A stretch of DNA of 55,510 nucleotides. It comes from a bacterium. Lineage in GTDB: Bacteria > Bdellovibrionota_C > UBA2361 > SZUA-149. This document shows positions 18,120 through 28,779 of this stretch, piece by piece. Numbering within the stretch: the stretch's first letter is position 1; each line of letters begins with the position of its first letter. The notes under the pieces are model-generated. The model was not told the origin of the DNA, did not search any database, and worked only from the letters and a program-made list of their open reading frames with translations. Location of the stretch: the NCBI GenBank assembly GCA_030433295.1, contig JAUIMJ010000001.1, forward strand, positions 1 to 55,510. Direction: 5' to 3'. Made by a program: the position numbers and the translations under genes.

Positions 18120-18617
18120 CTAAAGGCCGCAGCAGCGTTTGTATTTCTTTCCGCTTCCGCAGGGGCAGGGGCCATTTCTCGAGGGCGCCATAGAAGCCGA
18201 ATCCTCATCCTCAGCTTCGGTTTCTGTGGGCAGGACTCTACCGTCCACGTAAAACCAGCGATCGCCGACGCGATCGAAGCGCGCAATCTCATGATGGGTG
18301 TAATCGTTGCCGTTTTGGCTGAAGGAGGCGATGAACTCTACCGATGCTTTCTTTCCACCGGCATTATCCTTGGCTGAAACGATTTCAAGCCCTGTCCACT
18401 CAGAGGACCTCGACCATTCTGCAGAGCCCTTTTTGTCGAATCCCTTGCGATCCAGAAGCGGTATTGTTCTCACGAGGTAGTCAATCTCCCCCCTGGCAAA
18501 GGCAGCGTATCGTGAGCGCATCAGCGCCTCGGCAGTTGGGGCATGTCGCTCACCGGCGTGAAAGGGGCCACAACAGTCTTCATAGGCCTTTTCGCTACAA
18601 CAGGGGCAGGTGCTCAT
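18120..18617 (-). CDS. ychJ: YchJ-family (UPF0225) protein with N- and C-terminal SEC-C metal-binding motifs
   Basis: CPCCSEKAYEDCCGPFH at the N-terminus and CPCGSGKKYKRCCG at the C-terminus. The central NTF2-like region has the RSRYAAF motif. Confidence 0.85.
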   Translation of the reverse strand: MSTCPCCSEKAYEDCCGPFHAGERHAPTAEALMRSRYAAFARGEIDYLVRTIPLLDRKGFDKKGSAEWSRSSEWTGLEIVSAKDNAGGKKASVEFIASFSQNGNDYTHHEIARFDRVGDRWFYVDGRVLPTETEAEDEDSASMAPSRNGPCPCGSGKKYKRCCGL

Positions 18618-19061
18618 TTCTTTCTCCAAGTTCGTAATGAGGCCTCGAAACCTCGGGTTCTGATGAGCCCATAGAGTTACTCACTACGGGTCTCCTCCGC
18701 AAGACTTCTGATCGCCGCCTCTAGCGAGCGACAGGCGGCCTGTTTAGCTTCGTCAGGCTAACTCATTGCGTATGCTGGTGAAATTCACACCCCTTGTGCC
18801 GCGCAAAGTCCCGGAGATGCTAGTATCCCTTAATACAGGGATAATTTGAGTTTCGCAGCGCTCCCTGCGATACTCGTCTGCCACAATGTAGTTCCTTGTA
18901 TATACCTGCCACGGGAAGTGGACTTATCCATTTTTTCGGTTTTAACGCCCACCTCGTGGACCATGCGGCTAGGCCGGATGATCCTGCGAGTTGCCCCTGA
19001 TCGTGTTTGCGTGTGCAGACCGTCTGAATACCCAATCACCTTACATGAAAAGGAAGTTTGT

Positions 19062-20423
19062 ATGCTGCGTCTAATTAGTGCGCTGGGAATCGTCGTTTTC
19101 ATTCTTTTTGCCTATTACTTCTCTCGAAATCGAGGAAAGGTACCCTGGCGACTCGTCGTCGTCGCTTTGCTTCTTCAGTTTACCTTCGCCGCCCTGGTCA
19201 CCCAGACCGTGCCCGGCGAGTGGGTATTTACCAAGCTGAACGAAGGCCTGGGCCGGGTCACCGGGTACAGTGAACAGGGCGCGAGCTTTGTCTTTGGTAA
19301 TCTGAGCGGCCACAATGTTCCTGTGGGCACACTTCCGGAGGGCATGTCCCCGGAAGATGGCCCCGTGCCGCCGGATGGCATCACCTTTGCCTGGACCGGT
19401 GCGATCCTCGCCTTCAAGGCCATGCCGATCGTGATATTCTTTGGCGCCCTGTCTGCGCTGCTCTATCACTTCGGTATACTGCAGCGAATTGTCGGAGTTC
19501 TTGCCTTTGTGATGGAGAAGACCTTGAAAGTGAGCGGGGCTGAATCGCTCTCTGCTGCAGCCAACGTCTTCCTCGGGCATGTGGAAGCGCCGCTCGTGGT
19601 TCGACCATACCTGGCCGATATGACCCGCTCAGAGCTGATGTGCGTGATGACTGGCGGTATGGCAACCATTGCCGGCTCCGTCTTTGTTGTCTACGTCTCA
19701 ATGCTCAACAGGATGATTCCCGATATCGGGGGGCTCCTGCTTGCGGCTTCGGTGATTTCGGCGCCGGCGGCGATCATGTTTGCCAAGATATTTGAGCCAG
19801 AGACCGCCGTGCCTGAGACGCTCGGTGATTCTGCGATTCAGATTGATGGTGAACGAGACGCGAACTTGTTCGCTGCGATTACCAGAGGGGCAGGCGATGG
19901 ACTGAAGATGGCGCTTACGATTATCTCCATTCTCATCGTGTTCGTCGCTCTGGTCGCCATGCTGAACGATATCTGGGGCGGCTGTTGCCATCTCCTCACA
20001 TCGCTTACCAGCATTGACCTTGCTGCGATTGATACCTTGCCCAAAGCCCTGTCGTACCTGTTTGCACCCTTTGCATTTTTGATGGGCATCGAGTCGAAAG
20101 ACTGTCTGCCCGCGGCTCAACTTCTTGCCGAGCGTATGTGCCTGAACGAGTTCATCGCCTATCAGGATTTTGCCAATCATTTGCAGGGAAAGCAGCTCTC
20201 GACCGGAGAATCGCCACACGAATTCAGTGAACGAACGCAGACCATTTTGAGCTATGCGCTCTGCGGCTTTGCTAATTTCGGCAGTATCGGTGTGGTCGTT
20301 GCGGGTCTGGGGGCAATCATTCCTGATCGCAGAACCGACCTGGCCAAACTGGGCCTCAAAGCGATGTTTGCGGCTACGCTTGCTACGCTGACGACTGGTT
20401 GTATCGCGGGGATTCTTCTCTAG
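19062..20423 (+). CDS. nupC: NupC/CNT-family concentrative nucleoside transporter
   Basis: MLRLISALGIVVFILFAYYFSRNRGKVPWRLVV start and polytopic CNT-like blocks (GASFVFG, ESLSAAANVFLGHVEAPL, MTGGMATIAGSV, CGFANFGSIG). ATG at 19062 follows AAGGAAG. The ORF-track extension to 18846 is rejected. Confidence 0.9.
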   Translation: MLRLISALGIVVFILFAYYFSRNRGKVPWRLVVVALLLQFTFAALVTQTVPGEWVFTKLNEGLGRVTGYSEQGASFVFGNLSGHNVPVGTLPEGMSPEDGPVPPDGITFAWTGAILAFKAMPIVIFFGALSALLYHFGILQRIVGVLAFVMEKTLKVSGAESLSAAANVFLGHVEAPLVVRPYLADMTRSELMCVMTGGMATIAGSVFVVYVSMLNRMIPDIGGLLLAASVISAPAAIMFAKIFEPETAVPETLGDSAIQIDGERDANLFAAITRGAGDGLKMALTIISILIVFVALVAMLNDIWGGCCHLLTSLTSIDLAAIDTLPKALSYLFAPFAFLMGIESKDCLPAAQLLAERMCLNEFIAYQDFANHLQGKQLSTGESPHEFSERTQTILSYALCGFANFGSIGVVVAGLGAIIPDRRTDLAKLGLKAMFAATLATLTTGCIAGILL

Positions 20424-20865
20424 AAGGCGCCCCGTCTGTCCGTGTATCTATCCTCAACAGGAGTAAAATTCTGAGAAGGTGCGGAAGGTTCTTTTTAAGT
20501 TCACTCCCGCCTTTATTCTGCACTCGCCGGTGCCGCAAAAAAGCCTTGTTCTTCGATGCTCCCTTTCTTGTTCTCATTGACTCCGTTTCATCGGGCGTAT
20601 CAACTGCTGCACTGTGATGGGTCGGCCCACCCTCAGGTTTAGACGCACTTCTCGAAGTTTCGTTGTTGGGCGCCTCAGAGAAAAGACGTCCGATTCTAAC
20701 GTCTTAGCTCCGAATAATTGACAAGTGTTCTCCTAAGTAATTTACTGGGGGTCCGCACCTTTTCATTCTTTTTCGTGTAGCGCGTTCCTTGCGTGTGACG
20801 TGTGAACCACCCGGTTCCTACGTCACAGGTTTCCATTCCCAGGTGGTTTCGACTCAGGAGGTTAT

Positions 20866-21279
20866 ATGAGTACAGCCAACGATTCAGCATCCGACAAACA
20901 ACCCAAGAAAAGAAAGGCGACGGAGTTTGATGAAGCGCTCGGGGTGTTCTTCACCGGCGGCCCTGAGTTCCTCGGTAAGATGAGCATTGTTGCCGGCCTG
21001 ATCTTCTTTGGGGTCATTGCGCTGGTGATACTTGCAACCGGAGGAATCGCCTACCTCGTCTACATGATCTTCTTCGCAAAAGACGAGCATGTGTGGGAGA
21101 ACGGCATTTTCGCCGGATGCAAACGCATCCTCTACCTCTGGTGTCGCGGGCTCGTTCGCGCCACCTTCACGGTACTCGATTGTTGCACCTTCGGGTTTAC
21201 CCGCTGGTGGCTCACCCGATGGCTGAAGAAGCGAAGGGCTGAGCGACAACGCCTCAAAATCCCCAATGTTCACGTCTGA
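20866..21279 (+). CDS. Hypothetical small membrane protein
   Basis: AGGAGG is 5 nt upstream of the ATG. One long hydrophobic segment (MSIVAGLIFFGVIALVILATGGIAYLVYMIFF). Basic C-terminus. Confidence 0.5.
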   Translation: MSTANDSASDKQPKKRKATEFDEALGVFFTGGPEFLGKMSIVAGLIFFGVIALVILATGGIAYLVYMIFFAKDEHVWENGIFAGCKRILYLWCRGLVRATFTVLDCCTFGFTRWWLTRWLKKRRAERQRLKIPNVHV

Positions 21280-21502
21280 GTGAATCGCGTGGATTAATTG
21301 GCGATGTTCGTTCGTCTTTTTCTCTCGTGCACAGATCCCCGGAAGTCCGTATAGACTTCCCGGCTGGCTTCGACGTCATCCGAGGTTTATCTTGAGGATT
21401 TCCGGATTCCTGTGCACTCAATTTCAGACCCCAAAAATAGCTAAAGAATAGTGCTACTTGCGTCGATACTTAATGCGGAAAAGGATTCCGAGGTACATTC
21501 GA

Positions 21503-21700
21503 ATGGAAGCAATTGTTGGTGAATACATGGCGCAGAAGGCGGCAAACACCAAATCTGCTGCCCAGGTGAAAGTTTTTAAGGGCGCGCTTGAGCAGGGTGG
21601 TGAAGTCGCAATGAAGCTTATCGAAAGCGCTACAACAGAGGCGGTAGCAGCCCCTCGCTCGTCCTTTGGCACCGGAACCGTGCTCAATATCCAGGCCTAG
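21503..21700 (+). CDS. YjfB-family ('putative motility protein')-like small protein
   Basis: 65 aa. The pattern AAQVKVFKGALEQGGEVAMKLIESA ... GTGTVLNIQA resembles the YjfB family core and C-terminal G..(I/L)(D/N)(I/V).A ending. Confidence 0.5.
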   Translation: MEAIVGEYMAQKAANTKSAAQVKVFKGALEQGGEVAMKLIESATTEAVAAPRSSFGTGTVLNIQA

Positions 21701-21741
21701 ACCGTAGCCCGCGGGCTCCCTCATTCCTACTTGTTACCGTA

Positions 21742-22590
21742 TTAGAGGGCAAACTCATCAAAACATAGGGCGTTATCCAGCCAGTCCGCTTTTACGAAAC
21801 GCTGCTGTATTCCGATTCCATCGAGACGCGCCACGTCTTCTTCAGATAGCGCGACGTCCTGAGCCTTGTAATTCTCAATAAGCCGAGGCGCGCTGGCCGT
21901 TTTCGGAATAACGGCTACGCCATGAAACAGAAGCCAGGCCAGCGCAAGCTGCGCCGGTGTGCAGGAATGCCTGGACGCAATCTCTTTTATTTCCGGTGTC
22001 TCAAAAATATTCGCTCTTCCCAGCGGTGCGTAGGCCGTTACAGAGATGCCGTGCTTTTTGCATTCCGCTCTCAGCCGTTCCTGAGGTAAATGCAGATGGC
22101 ACTCTATCTGTATGTTTGAAATGGGGACGGGACTCTTTTCAATCGTCTTGCGAAGCAAGGGGGTCGAGAAGTTGCTCACCCCGATCTGCCGCACTTTATT
22201 TTGCGCAATGAGGTTCGCCAGAGTTTCCAGTACCGACCTAAGGCACATGGTGTCACTGGGCCAATGCACCAGAAAAAGGTCAAGGTAATCCGTATTGAGC
22301 TCACGTAATGCCTTTTCACAGGTGGCTACAATCGCCTGCGGTTCAAGGGACTGATAGGGCACTTTTGAGGTGATGTAGAGTTGCTCTCGGGGAAAGGAGC
22401 CAATTCCGCGAGCAACCTCCGGCTGGTTTCCATACAGCTCAGCGGTATCGATGTGGCGGTAGCCGACATCGATTGCGGCTGCGACTAATTCTGTGCACTC
22501 TTTGCCTTTCAGTCTCCATGTTCCAAAACCAAAGAGAGGCATTTCCAGAGTGGAATCGGCAGCCTTGGATTGAAGAGAATCCGTCATCAT
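21742..22590 (-). CDS. Aldo/keto reductase (2,5-diketo-D-gluconate reductase-like subfamily)
   Basis: FGFGTWRL..., GYRHIDTAELYGNQ, ITSKV, LDLFLVHWP, QIECHL blocks. Confidence 0.9.
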   Translation of the reverse strand: MMTDSLQSKAADSTLEMPLFGFGTWRLKGKECTELVAAAIDVGYRHIDTAELYGNQPEVARGIGSFPREQLYITSKVPYQSLEPQAIVATCEKALRELNTDYLDLFLVHWPSDTMCLRSVLETLANLIAQNKVRQIGVSNFSTPLLRKTIEKSPVPISNIQIECHLHLPQERLRAECKKHGISVTAYAPLGRANIFETPEIKEIASRHSCTPAQLALAWLLFHGVAVIPKTASAPRLIENYKAQDVALSEEDVARLDGIGIQQRFVKADWLDNALCFDEFAL

Positions 22591-22810
22591 ATTGGGTCCT
22601 GAGCAATTTCGTTTCTACGTCCGTACACCACTGTCCGTATTCTCTCAACATTTGGCAAGGGGAGTTGCGATTTGCCGGGGGATGGAGCCTTCCGGAAGTA
22701 GTAGCTGAATTCGTGTATCGAATTATCCCCGGAAAGAATACGCTTTCTGAAAGTTCGACGCTCGAGTAATGTCATAGAGTTAACGTCAGGTAGATTACGA
22801 GGATTACGCC

Positions 22811-23182
22811 ATGGAAGATTCTGTTAATGTACTGGGTGGTCCCTTGCAGCTTTGCTGTTCCGATCCCGAAACCGGCTTTTATCGTGACGGGTATTGCAAC
22901 ACTTCAGAAGAAGATCGAGGCTCACACACTGTTTGCGTAGAAGTTACTGCGGAGTTTTTGGAGTTTTCCAGGTCTCGGGGCAATGACCTGAGCACGCCCA
23001 TTCCGGAATATGGCTTTCCCGGTTTGCAAGAAGGGGACCGCTGGTGTCTCTGTGCCCAGCGATGGCAGGAGGCACTTGAGGCCGGCAAAGCGCCGATGAT
23101 CAAACTGGCGTCCAGTCACTATAAGGCACTAGAGCATGTGGATCTTGAGGACCTCAAGAAATACGCACTTGATTTGAGTTAA
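22811..23182 (+). CDS. DUF2237-family protein
   Basis: NVLGGPLQLCCSDPETGFYRDGYC...GSHTVC...GDRWCLCAQRW is the characteristic Cys pattern of DUF2237. Confidence 0.8.
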   Translation: MEDSVNVLGGPLQLCCSDPETGFYRDGYCNTSEEDRGSHTVCVEVTAEFLEFSRSRGNDLSTPIPEYGFPGLQEGDRWCLCAQRWQEALEAGKAPMIKLASSHYKALEHVDLEDLKKYALDLS

Positions 23183-23263
23183 GCTCTTTTGATGTCGGCA
23201 TTGGTGTGTAGAAGCGACTCGCCAGCCCCTCATGTTGCTGACGAGTCCCCCCTTATTGTGACC

Positions 23264-24223
23264 TTACTTATACGTATTCACCGCCACACTCGGTGCCTTA
23301 TCATTACCAGGAGTCGTGTCAGCAGCAGAAACAATGGGCGTATCGTCCCGATTTCCATACTCATGCCAGCTACCATCATAGGTGTGCACATTGGTGTAGC
23401 CAAGCTCCTTAAGAGCGAGAGCAGGCAGGCTGGTACGGGTAGCAGTCTGGCAATAAAGAAGTATCGTCTTGTCTTTGGTTATGCCGCGGGCTTTAAGCAG
23501 GGCGCGTACATCGGCTTTTGACTTAATTTCTTTATTTGCGTCGAGCAAGTCACTGTAGTTTAGCAACAGTGCACCGGGGATGTGCCCTGGTCGTCTGTTT
23601 CCACGAGTTTCTACACCGTCGAATTCAGCTTTGCTGCGGGTGTCCCAGAAGACTACATTTTCATTTTTGACGTTCTTGATTACCTCATCGAGGTTCCAGA
23701 TTGCGTCTTTTGCCGCCTTTAGCACTCGGTCCTCCGTCGACAGGGTCCCACCGGCTTTGGTGTAAGAAGAAACACCGATCCCGTCGAGGAAGTATACCTT
23801 TTCGTTACCAAGCCAGCTGAGAATGAAGGCGGCTACGGTGCCATCGGTCTTTCCTCCGTGGTTGCCATACACAATAACCGGGGTGTCCCGCGTAATGCCC
23901 GCCTTACCGAGTATGCCTTCGTATTTGGCTACGTCAGGGGTGCCATCCGTGCGGCGGAAAATATATTGGCTTAATCCGCTACCTGGTTTTGCCTTCGGTG
24001 TTCGCAGGGAAGAACCAGGTAGGCTGATCGCGCCCGGAATGTGCCCGAGCCGATATTCCTCAGCGGAACGAGCATCGAGGAGCACGGCGCCCTGTGCCTG
24101 AAGCTCGGGAAGCTGTTCCGCCTTGATAAACGTGGTCCATTGATTCGTGTCAGCGAAGGACTGCCCCGTCGTGAGTAACAACAACAGGATCGGAAGTAAT
24201 AATGGGTATTTTAATTTCAACAT
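23264..24223 (-). CDS. Periplasmic tandem-rhodanese sulfurtransferase (thiosulfate/3-mercaptopyruvate sulfurtransferase-like)
   Basis: Signal peptide MLKLKYPLLLPILLLLLTTGQSFA. Two rhodanese-like halves (DARSAEEYRLGHIPGA; GHIPGALLL). Candidate active-site loop YCQTATRTS. Confidence 0.8.
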   Translation of the reverse strand: MLKLKYPLLLPILLLLLTTGQSFADTNQWTTFIKAEQLPELQAQGAVLLDARSAEEYRLGHIPGAISLPGSSLRTPKAKPGSGLSQYIFRRTDGTPDVAKYEGILGKAGITRDTPVIVYGNHGGKTDGTVAAFILSWLGNEKVYFLDGIGVSSYTKAGGTLSTEDRVLKAAKDAIWNLDEVIKNVKNENVVFWDTRSKAEFDGVETRGNRRPGHIPGALLLNYSDLLDANKEIKSKADVRALLKARGITKDKTILLYCQTATRTSLPALALKELGYTNVHTYDGSWHEYGNRDDTPIVSAADTTPGNDKAPSVAVNTYK

Positions 24224-24747
24224 GTTTCATTCCTCTACGTTACGCCTTGTCCCGCACTTCTTCCTGGGAGTGAGAACTTTGTAAAAGCGTTTGAGTTATT
24301 GAATGTAGAAGAACTCTGCTTCGACGCTGCCTGTTTCCCAAAATAGAAGCTTGGGAATTCTAGGCAGGTTATTGGTTTTTTAGACTAGAGCCCCGAGCTT
24401 ACATACAGATGCAACACATACAGCAGGCAGAGCTGGGGGTGTGGTTTGCAGAGAACACAGCGAGGCCAGCCCCGTACTTTGGGCGCCCGAGAATTGGGTT
24501 CCGAATGGAATCTGGCGATGTGTTTTGTTCGCTGACCATTAGTCAACAGTAAACGCAAAGGCGTCCACTGTCAACGCTGCCTTGCCTTAGTCGTGTCTTT
24601 TCTCACAGGCGGTAAGAAGCTGCGCCCCGGCTCGTCTATCAGGCAAGCAGGTAATACTGCCTGCGGTTTCCGGGGGATTGATGGGACATCCTTCCGGTAA
24701 AAGCAAAAGGATTTTAGGAACTAAAGTCTCTTCGGAGCGAGGGTATC

Positions 24748-24852
24748 ATGGACGACGTGCGAGCATCAGTAATGATAGCGGTGGTGTTAAGCCTTTCACT
24801 GGCGATTAGCTACACGAGCAGTGTGGCGGGACTACCGTTAGCCGGATACTAG
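24748..24852 (+). CDS. Candidate 34-aa hydrophobic small ORF (MDDVRASVMIAVVLSLSLAISYTSSVAGLPLAGY)
   Basis: Read by hand, since it is below the ORF-track cutoff. GAGGG is 5-6 nt upstream of the ATG. It ends just before the hairpin at 24871-24894. Support is purely structural. Confidence 0.2.
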   Translation: MDDVRASVMIAVVLSLSLAISYTSSVAGLPLAGY

Positions 24853-24863
24853 GAATTCGGTCA

Positions 24864-24894
24864 CAAAAAAAGCCGAATCCCGGAGGAATCGGCT
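24864..24894 (-). terminator. Rho-independent terminator of the FKBP isomerase gene
   Basis: 10-bp stem with one A.A mismatch (24871-24880 / 24885-24894) and a 4-nt loop, followed on the minus strand by seven T. Confidence 0.75.
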
Positions 24895-24931
24895 TTCTAA
24901 ATTCTCAATTTCGTATTTTATGCGAGACTGA

Positions 24932-25657
24932 CTACTTTATTTCAAGTAATTCCACATCAAACACCAAAACTGAGTTAGGCGGAATACCCGGACGACCCGC
25001 CTCACCGTAGGCAAGTGCGCTGGGGACGAAAAGCGTAGCCTTACCACCGGTTTTCATCAGCGGAATCCCCTCGGTCCATCCTGGAATGACACCATTGAGA
25101 GGAAACTCAGCGGGAGCGTTTCTCTTGTAAGAGCTATCAAACTCGGTTCCGTCAATCAGGCTTCCTTTGTAGTGAACCTTGACCGTGTCAGTTGGCTTCG
25201 GGCTTTTCCCGCTTCCTTCTTTAGTGATGGTATACTGCAGGCCCGACTTGGTAGTTTTAACTCCCTTCTTTGACTTGTTGGCCTTCAGGAAATCCTCGCC
25301 GGCTTTTTTATTCTTTGTAGCAAGGGCTTTCTGCTTCTCCTGCATCTGAGACTGCAGACTGAGCATCGCCTTCTGCATCTCCTGAGGAGTTAGAGCGGAC
25401 TCCTTGCCATTGAGACCATCAACAAGTGATGTCTTGAGTGTTTCCACATCAACATCTACTCCCTGACGTTTGATGCCTGCGGCGATTTGCTGGCCGATGG
25501 CGTAACTGGCTTTCTGCATGTCAGTTTTCAGCTCAAGCTTTTCAGCGAGGGCGAGGGTAGAGATCGAGAGCATTGCAGTGGCGAGTCCAAGACGGACTCC
25601 TGCGGTACGAATTGTTGTATTCAAAAGACTGTTCCTCGTGATGGTTAACAACATCAT
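24932..25657 (-). CDS. fkpA: FKBP-type peptidyl-prolyl cis-trans isomerase with N-terminal dimerisation helix domain (FkpA/Mip-like), secreted
   Basis: Signal-like N-terminus. C-terminal FKBP block VKVHYKGSLIDGTEFDSSY...GVIPGWTEGIPLMKTGGKATLFVPSALAYG...IPPNSVLVFDVELLEI. Confidence 0.9.
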   Translation of the reverse strand: MMLLTITRNSLLNTTIRTAGVRLGLATAMLSISTLALAEKLELKTDMQKASYAIGQQIAAGIKRQGVDVDVETLKTSLVDGLNGKESALTPQEMQKAMLSLQSQMQEKQKALATKNKKAGEDFLKANKSKKGVKTTKSGLQYTITKEGSGKSPKPTDTVKVHYKGSLIDGTEFDSSYKRNAPAEFPLNGVIPGWTEGIPLMKTGGKATLFVPSALAYGEAGRPGIPPNSVLVFDVELLEIK

Positions 25658-25943
25658 TCAACAAAGATTTCAGGTGGTTTCACTAGCATAGTGAACCACG
25701 AATTGAAACGATTTTAGGGTTTGACGTGCATTAGCCGGAAAGATGCACGTACTGGGCGAAATCTGCGATAACGTAATGTCGCTGGAACCCGCTTCGCTTT
25801 TCCTGCTAATTGAGTGTTAGCCGGAATATTATTCTACTGTTTTTTAATGGGTGATTGTGTGGTGCCTTGTTCCGGATAGCGTACTGTAGAAGACTGACTG
25901 CTGATAGTAACCGCTTCGTAGACAGCGAACGCGATAACGTAAG

Positions 25944-26981
25944 GTGAAAATGGAGACGAGACGATTAGGGTGCAGTGACCTCGACATCAGTGTGATTGGT
26001 TTGGGAACCTGGGCCATCGGTGGAGACTGGTTTGTTGGCTGGGGTCCCCAGGACGAACGAGATTCGGTGCAGACTATTATTCGCGCTCTGGAGTGTGGAA
26101 TAAACTGGATAGATACCGCTGCTGTTTATGGCTGGGGAGAATCTGAGCGCGTTGTTGGTAAGGCAGTAAAAGAATTTGGTGGTCCGGTTATTCTTGCCAC
26201 CAAGTGCGGACTCATCAACGAAGGCAATGGTCGCCCTCCATTGAAGTGCCTGACCGCTGAGAGTATCAGGACGGAGGTCGAGGATTCTCTGCGTCGACTC
26301 CAGGCTGAAACCATAGACTTGTATCAGATCCATTGGCCGCTCGATAAGGAATCAAACGAGGGGATCGAAGAGGCCTACGCTACCCTGTTGTCGCTTAAGG
26401 AGGAAGGTAAGATCCGTTGGGCGGCTGTTTCGAACTTTTCCAAAGAGCAGATGCAGTGCATCTCGAAACTGGGCTCAGTTACCTCATTACAGCCTCCGTA
26501 TAGCATGCTCGACCGACGCATAGAGAGTGGCGTTCTCGATTGGTGTGATGCAAACAACGTCGGTGTGATTTGTTACAGCCCGATGGAGTGCGGACTCCTT
26601 ACTGGCAAGCTCTCCCATGAGTGGGTGGATTCTCTTGCCGACACGGATTGGCGAAAAGAACGCTGGGGGAGGGTGAAGCAGATTAATTACTTCAAGGATC
26701 CCGAGCTAAGCGCACTGGTTGCCTGGCTTGAGGAAGTATCTGCGATTGTTCCCGGTAAGCCCCTGAGTCAGATAGCAATCAATTGGGTTTTGGCTCGTCA
26801 GGGCGTCACCTCGGCAATCGTGGGTGCGCGCAGACCGGAACAAATAGAGGAAACCGTCAAAGCGGCGGAGTGGGCGCTCAGCGCGGAGCACATGGAGGCT
26901 ATTGAGACCTCCTATGCTTCCTATCAGAAGCGGATGGGGCGAGCGCCCAGTAAGGCTTCGGCGGAGGCATGCGGTGCCTGA
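25944..26981 (+). CDS. Aldo/keto reductase (Tas/YajO-like subfamily)
   Basis: [59 protein letters not shown] blocks. Confidence 0.9.
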   Translation: MKMETRRLGCSDLDISVIGLGTWAIGGDWFVGWGPQDERDSVQTIIRALECGINWIDTAAVYGWGESERVVGKAVKEFGGPVILATKCGLINEGNGRPPLKCLTAESIRTEVEDSLRRLQAETIDLYQIHWPLDKESNEGIEEAYATLLSLKEEGKIRWAAVSNFSKEQMQCISKLGSVTSLQPPYSMLDRRIESGVLDWCDANNVGVICYSPMECGLLTGKLSHEWVDSLADTDWRKERWGRVKQINYFKDPELSALVAWLEEVSAIVPGKPLSQIAINWVLARQGVTSAIVGARRPEQIEETVKAAEWALSAEHMEAIETSYASYQKRMGRAPSKASAEACGA

Positions 26982-28779
26982 TCCCTCGAGCGTTTTAAAA
27001 CAGGTCTTCGGGTATTCGACGTTTCGCGCTGAGCAGGAGAATATCATTAATCACCTCGTCCAGGGTGGGGATGCGCTGGTGCTCATGCCCACTGGCGGAG
27101 GTAAGTCTCTCTGTTACCAGGTACCTGCCTTACTGCGTTCAGGGGTCGCCATTGTCGTTTCTCCCCTGATAGCACTGATGAACGATCAGGTTACCTCGCT
27201 GAAACAGCTCGGGGTGAAGGCCGAGCAGCTCAATTCCAGTCTCAGCTCCGAGGAATCTGCCGCAGTGTGGAGAGCGCTCAAACAAGGGCAGCTCGATGTC
27301 CTCTATGTTGCGCCGGAGCGATTGCTCAGTGATTCCTTTCTGGCCTTGATGGAAGAACTTGAGATCGCGCTGTTTGCAATTGATGAAGCCCATTGCGTAA
27401 GTCAGTGGGGGCATGACTTTCGTCCCGAGTATATGGCGCTGGGTGTTCTGCACGAGCGCTTTCCCGCGGTTCCCCGTGTGGCGCTTACCGCAACCGCGGA
27501 TGTTCCCACGCGCAATGAAATAGTAAAGCAGTTAGACCTGGGGGAAGCCCGACAGTTTGTCGGGGGATTTGATCGACCGAATATCGGCATCGAAATTGTT
27601 TTGAAAGACAGTGTCAAGAAACAGCTTTTGGCATTCCTTGAAACGCAGAGCAAAGAGGAATCGGGAATTGTCTACTGCCTTTCTCGAAAGAAAGTCGATG
27701 AGTACGCCTCTTTCTTATGCGGTGAGGGCTATAATGCCTTGCCCTACCATGCCGGTATGCCCGCCGAAGAGCGGCAGCAACATCAACAGCACTTTATCGA
27801 AGAGGAAGCCTGTATCATGGTTGCGACGGTCGCCTTTGGCATGGGGATCGACAAGCCAAATGTGCGTTTTGTTGCTCACGTAGATCTGCCTTCCAGTGTG
27901 GAATCCTACTATCAGGAAATCGGTCGGGGAGGCAGAGATGGTCTGGCAGCGCAGGCCTGGATGGCCTACGGTTTGAGCGATGTGGTGATGCGTCGACAAA
28001 TGATAGAGGGCTCTGATGCGGATGTGTCGAGAAAGCGCACCGAGCATCAAAAGCTCAATGCACTCCTCGGAATCGCTGAGACGGTTAGCTGTCGCAGACA
28101 GGTCCTTCTTCGCTATTTTGGACAGGACCACGAGGGTGCCTGTGGAAACTGTGATACCTGCCTGTCTCCCGTTGACACCTGGGATGGAACGACCGCGGCA
28201 CAGCAGGCATTGTCCGCCGTGTATCGCACCGGCCAGCGTTTTGGAACCTCATACCTCAGTGATGTGCTCATTGGGAAAAGCAACGAAAGGATTCAGCGCT
28301 TCGGCCACGATGCTCTGGGGGTGTTTGGCGTAGGTAAAGAATTCAGCGCACGTGAGTGGGCCAGTGTATTTCGGCAACTTGTCGCTGCTGGATTTTTGGC
28401 GGTGGATGTAGAGGGCTATGGTGGTTTGCAGCTCACGCAAGAGAGCAGGGCGGTGCTTAAAGGAGAGCGCGAAGTAATATTGCGTCGGGATCCGGTGAGG
28501 CAAAAGAAGAGAACGAAGAAATCCGGCGCAAGTGCCCATCGAGCAGAGTTGAACGCTGAGCAGGAAGCGGTCTTTGAGGAGCTTAGAAAAATCCGTTTGG
28601 AACTTGCGCGTTCCCAGAATGTACCGCCGTATGTGATTTTCCACGATCGCACCCTGCTGGAAATGGCGCAAAGCATGCCTGCGGATCGCGATGCCCTCGC
28701 GCAGGTCAGCGGCGTGGGTGAGAAGAAGCTTGAGAGATACGGAGATTCCTTTCTCGCTGCCATAGCTAAGCAGCCGTAA
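26974..28779 (+). CDS. recQ: ATP-dependent DNA helicase RecQ
   Basis: [55 protein letters not shown] Zn cluster CRRQ..CGNCDTC, C-terminal HRDC ([16 protein letters not shown]). Start set to in-frame GTG 26974 (GGAGG 6 nt upstream), which overlaps the upstream stop. Confidence 0.95.
   Translation: MPDPSSVLKQVFGYSTFRAEQENIINHLVQGGDALVLMPTGGGKSLCYQVPALLRSGVAIVVSPLIALMNDQVTSLKQLGVKAEQLNSSLSSEESAAVWRALKQGQLDVLYVAPERLLSDSFLALMEELEIALFAIDEAHCVSQWGHDFRPEYMALGVLHERFPAVPRVALTATADVPTRNEIVKQLDLGEARQFVGGFDRPNIGIEIVLKDSVKKQLLAFLETQSKEESGIVYCLSRKKVDEYASFLCGEGYNALPYHAGMPAEERQQHQQHFIEEEACIMVATVAFGMGIDKPNVRFVAHVDLPSSVESYYQEIGRGGRDGLAAQAWMAYGLSDVVMRRQMIEGSDADVSRKRTEHQKLNALLGIAETVSCRRQVLLRYFGQDHEGACGNCDTCLSPVDTWDGTTAAQQALSAVYRTGQRFGTSYLSDVLIGKSNERIQRFGHDALGVFGVGKEFSAREWASVFRQLVAAGFLAVDVEGYGGLQLTQESRAVLKGEREVILRRDPVRQKKRTKKSGASAHRAELNAEQEAVFEELRKIRLELARSQNVPPYVIFHDRTLLEMAQSMPADRDALAQVSGVGEKKLERYGDSFLAAIAKQP

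Noticed and set aside
18846-19061. N-terminal 72-codon extension of the nucleoside transporter ORF
   Set aside because: The extension starts at a non-ATG codon, has no TM or family similarity, and overlaps shadow ORFs. ATG 19062 with an upstream AAGGAAG gives the canonical CNT N-terminus.
20794-20827. CRP/FNR-type site suggested by TGTGA...TCACA
   Set aside because: The half-sites are ~21 nt apart rather than 6. The arrangement fits a hairpin, not a CRP box.
24400-24860. tmRNA, RNase P RNA, SRP RNA or 6S RNA in the ORF-free region
   Set aside because: I could not find the conserved cores on either strand (tmRNA tag or T-arm, RNase P GGAAAGUCCGG-type P4 region, SRP GGAA/AGCA domain IV motif). 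The region is left as an unassigned candidate only.
27139-28763. Several 83-140-aa ORFs on both strands within recQ
   Set aside because: RecQ motifs are continuous in the called frame. The others are overlapping shadows.
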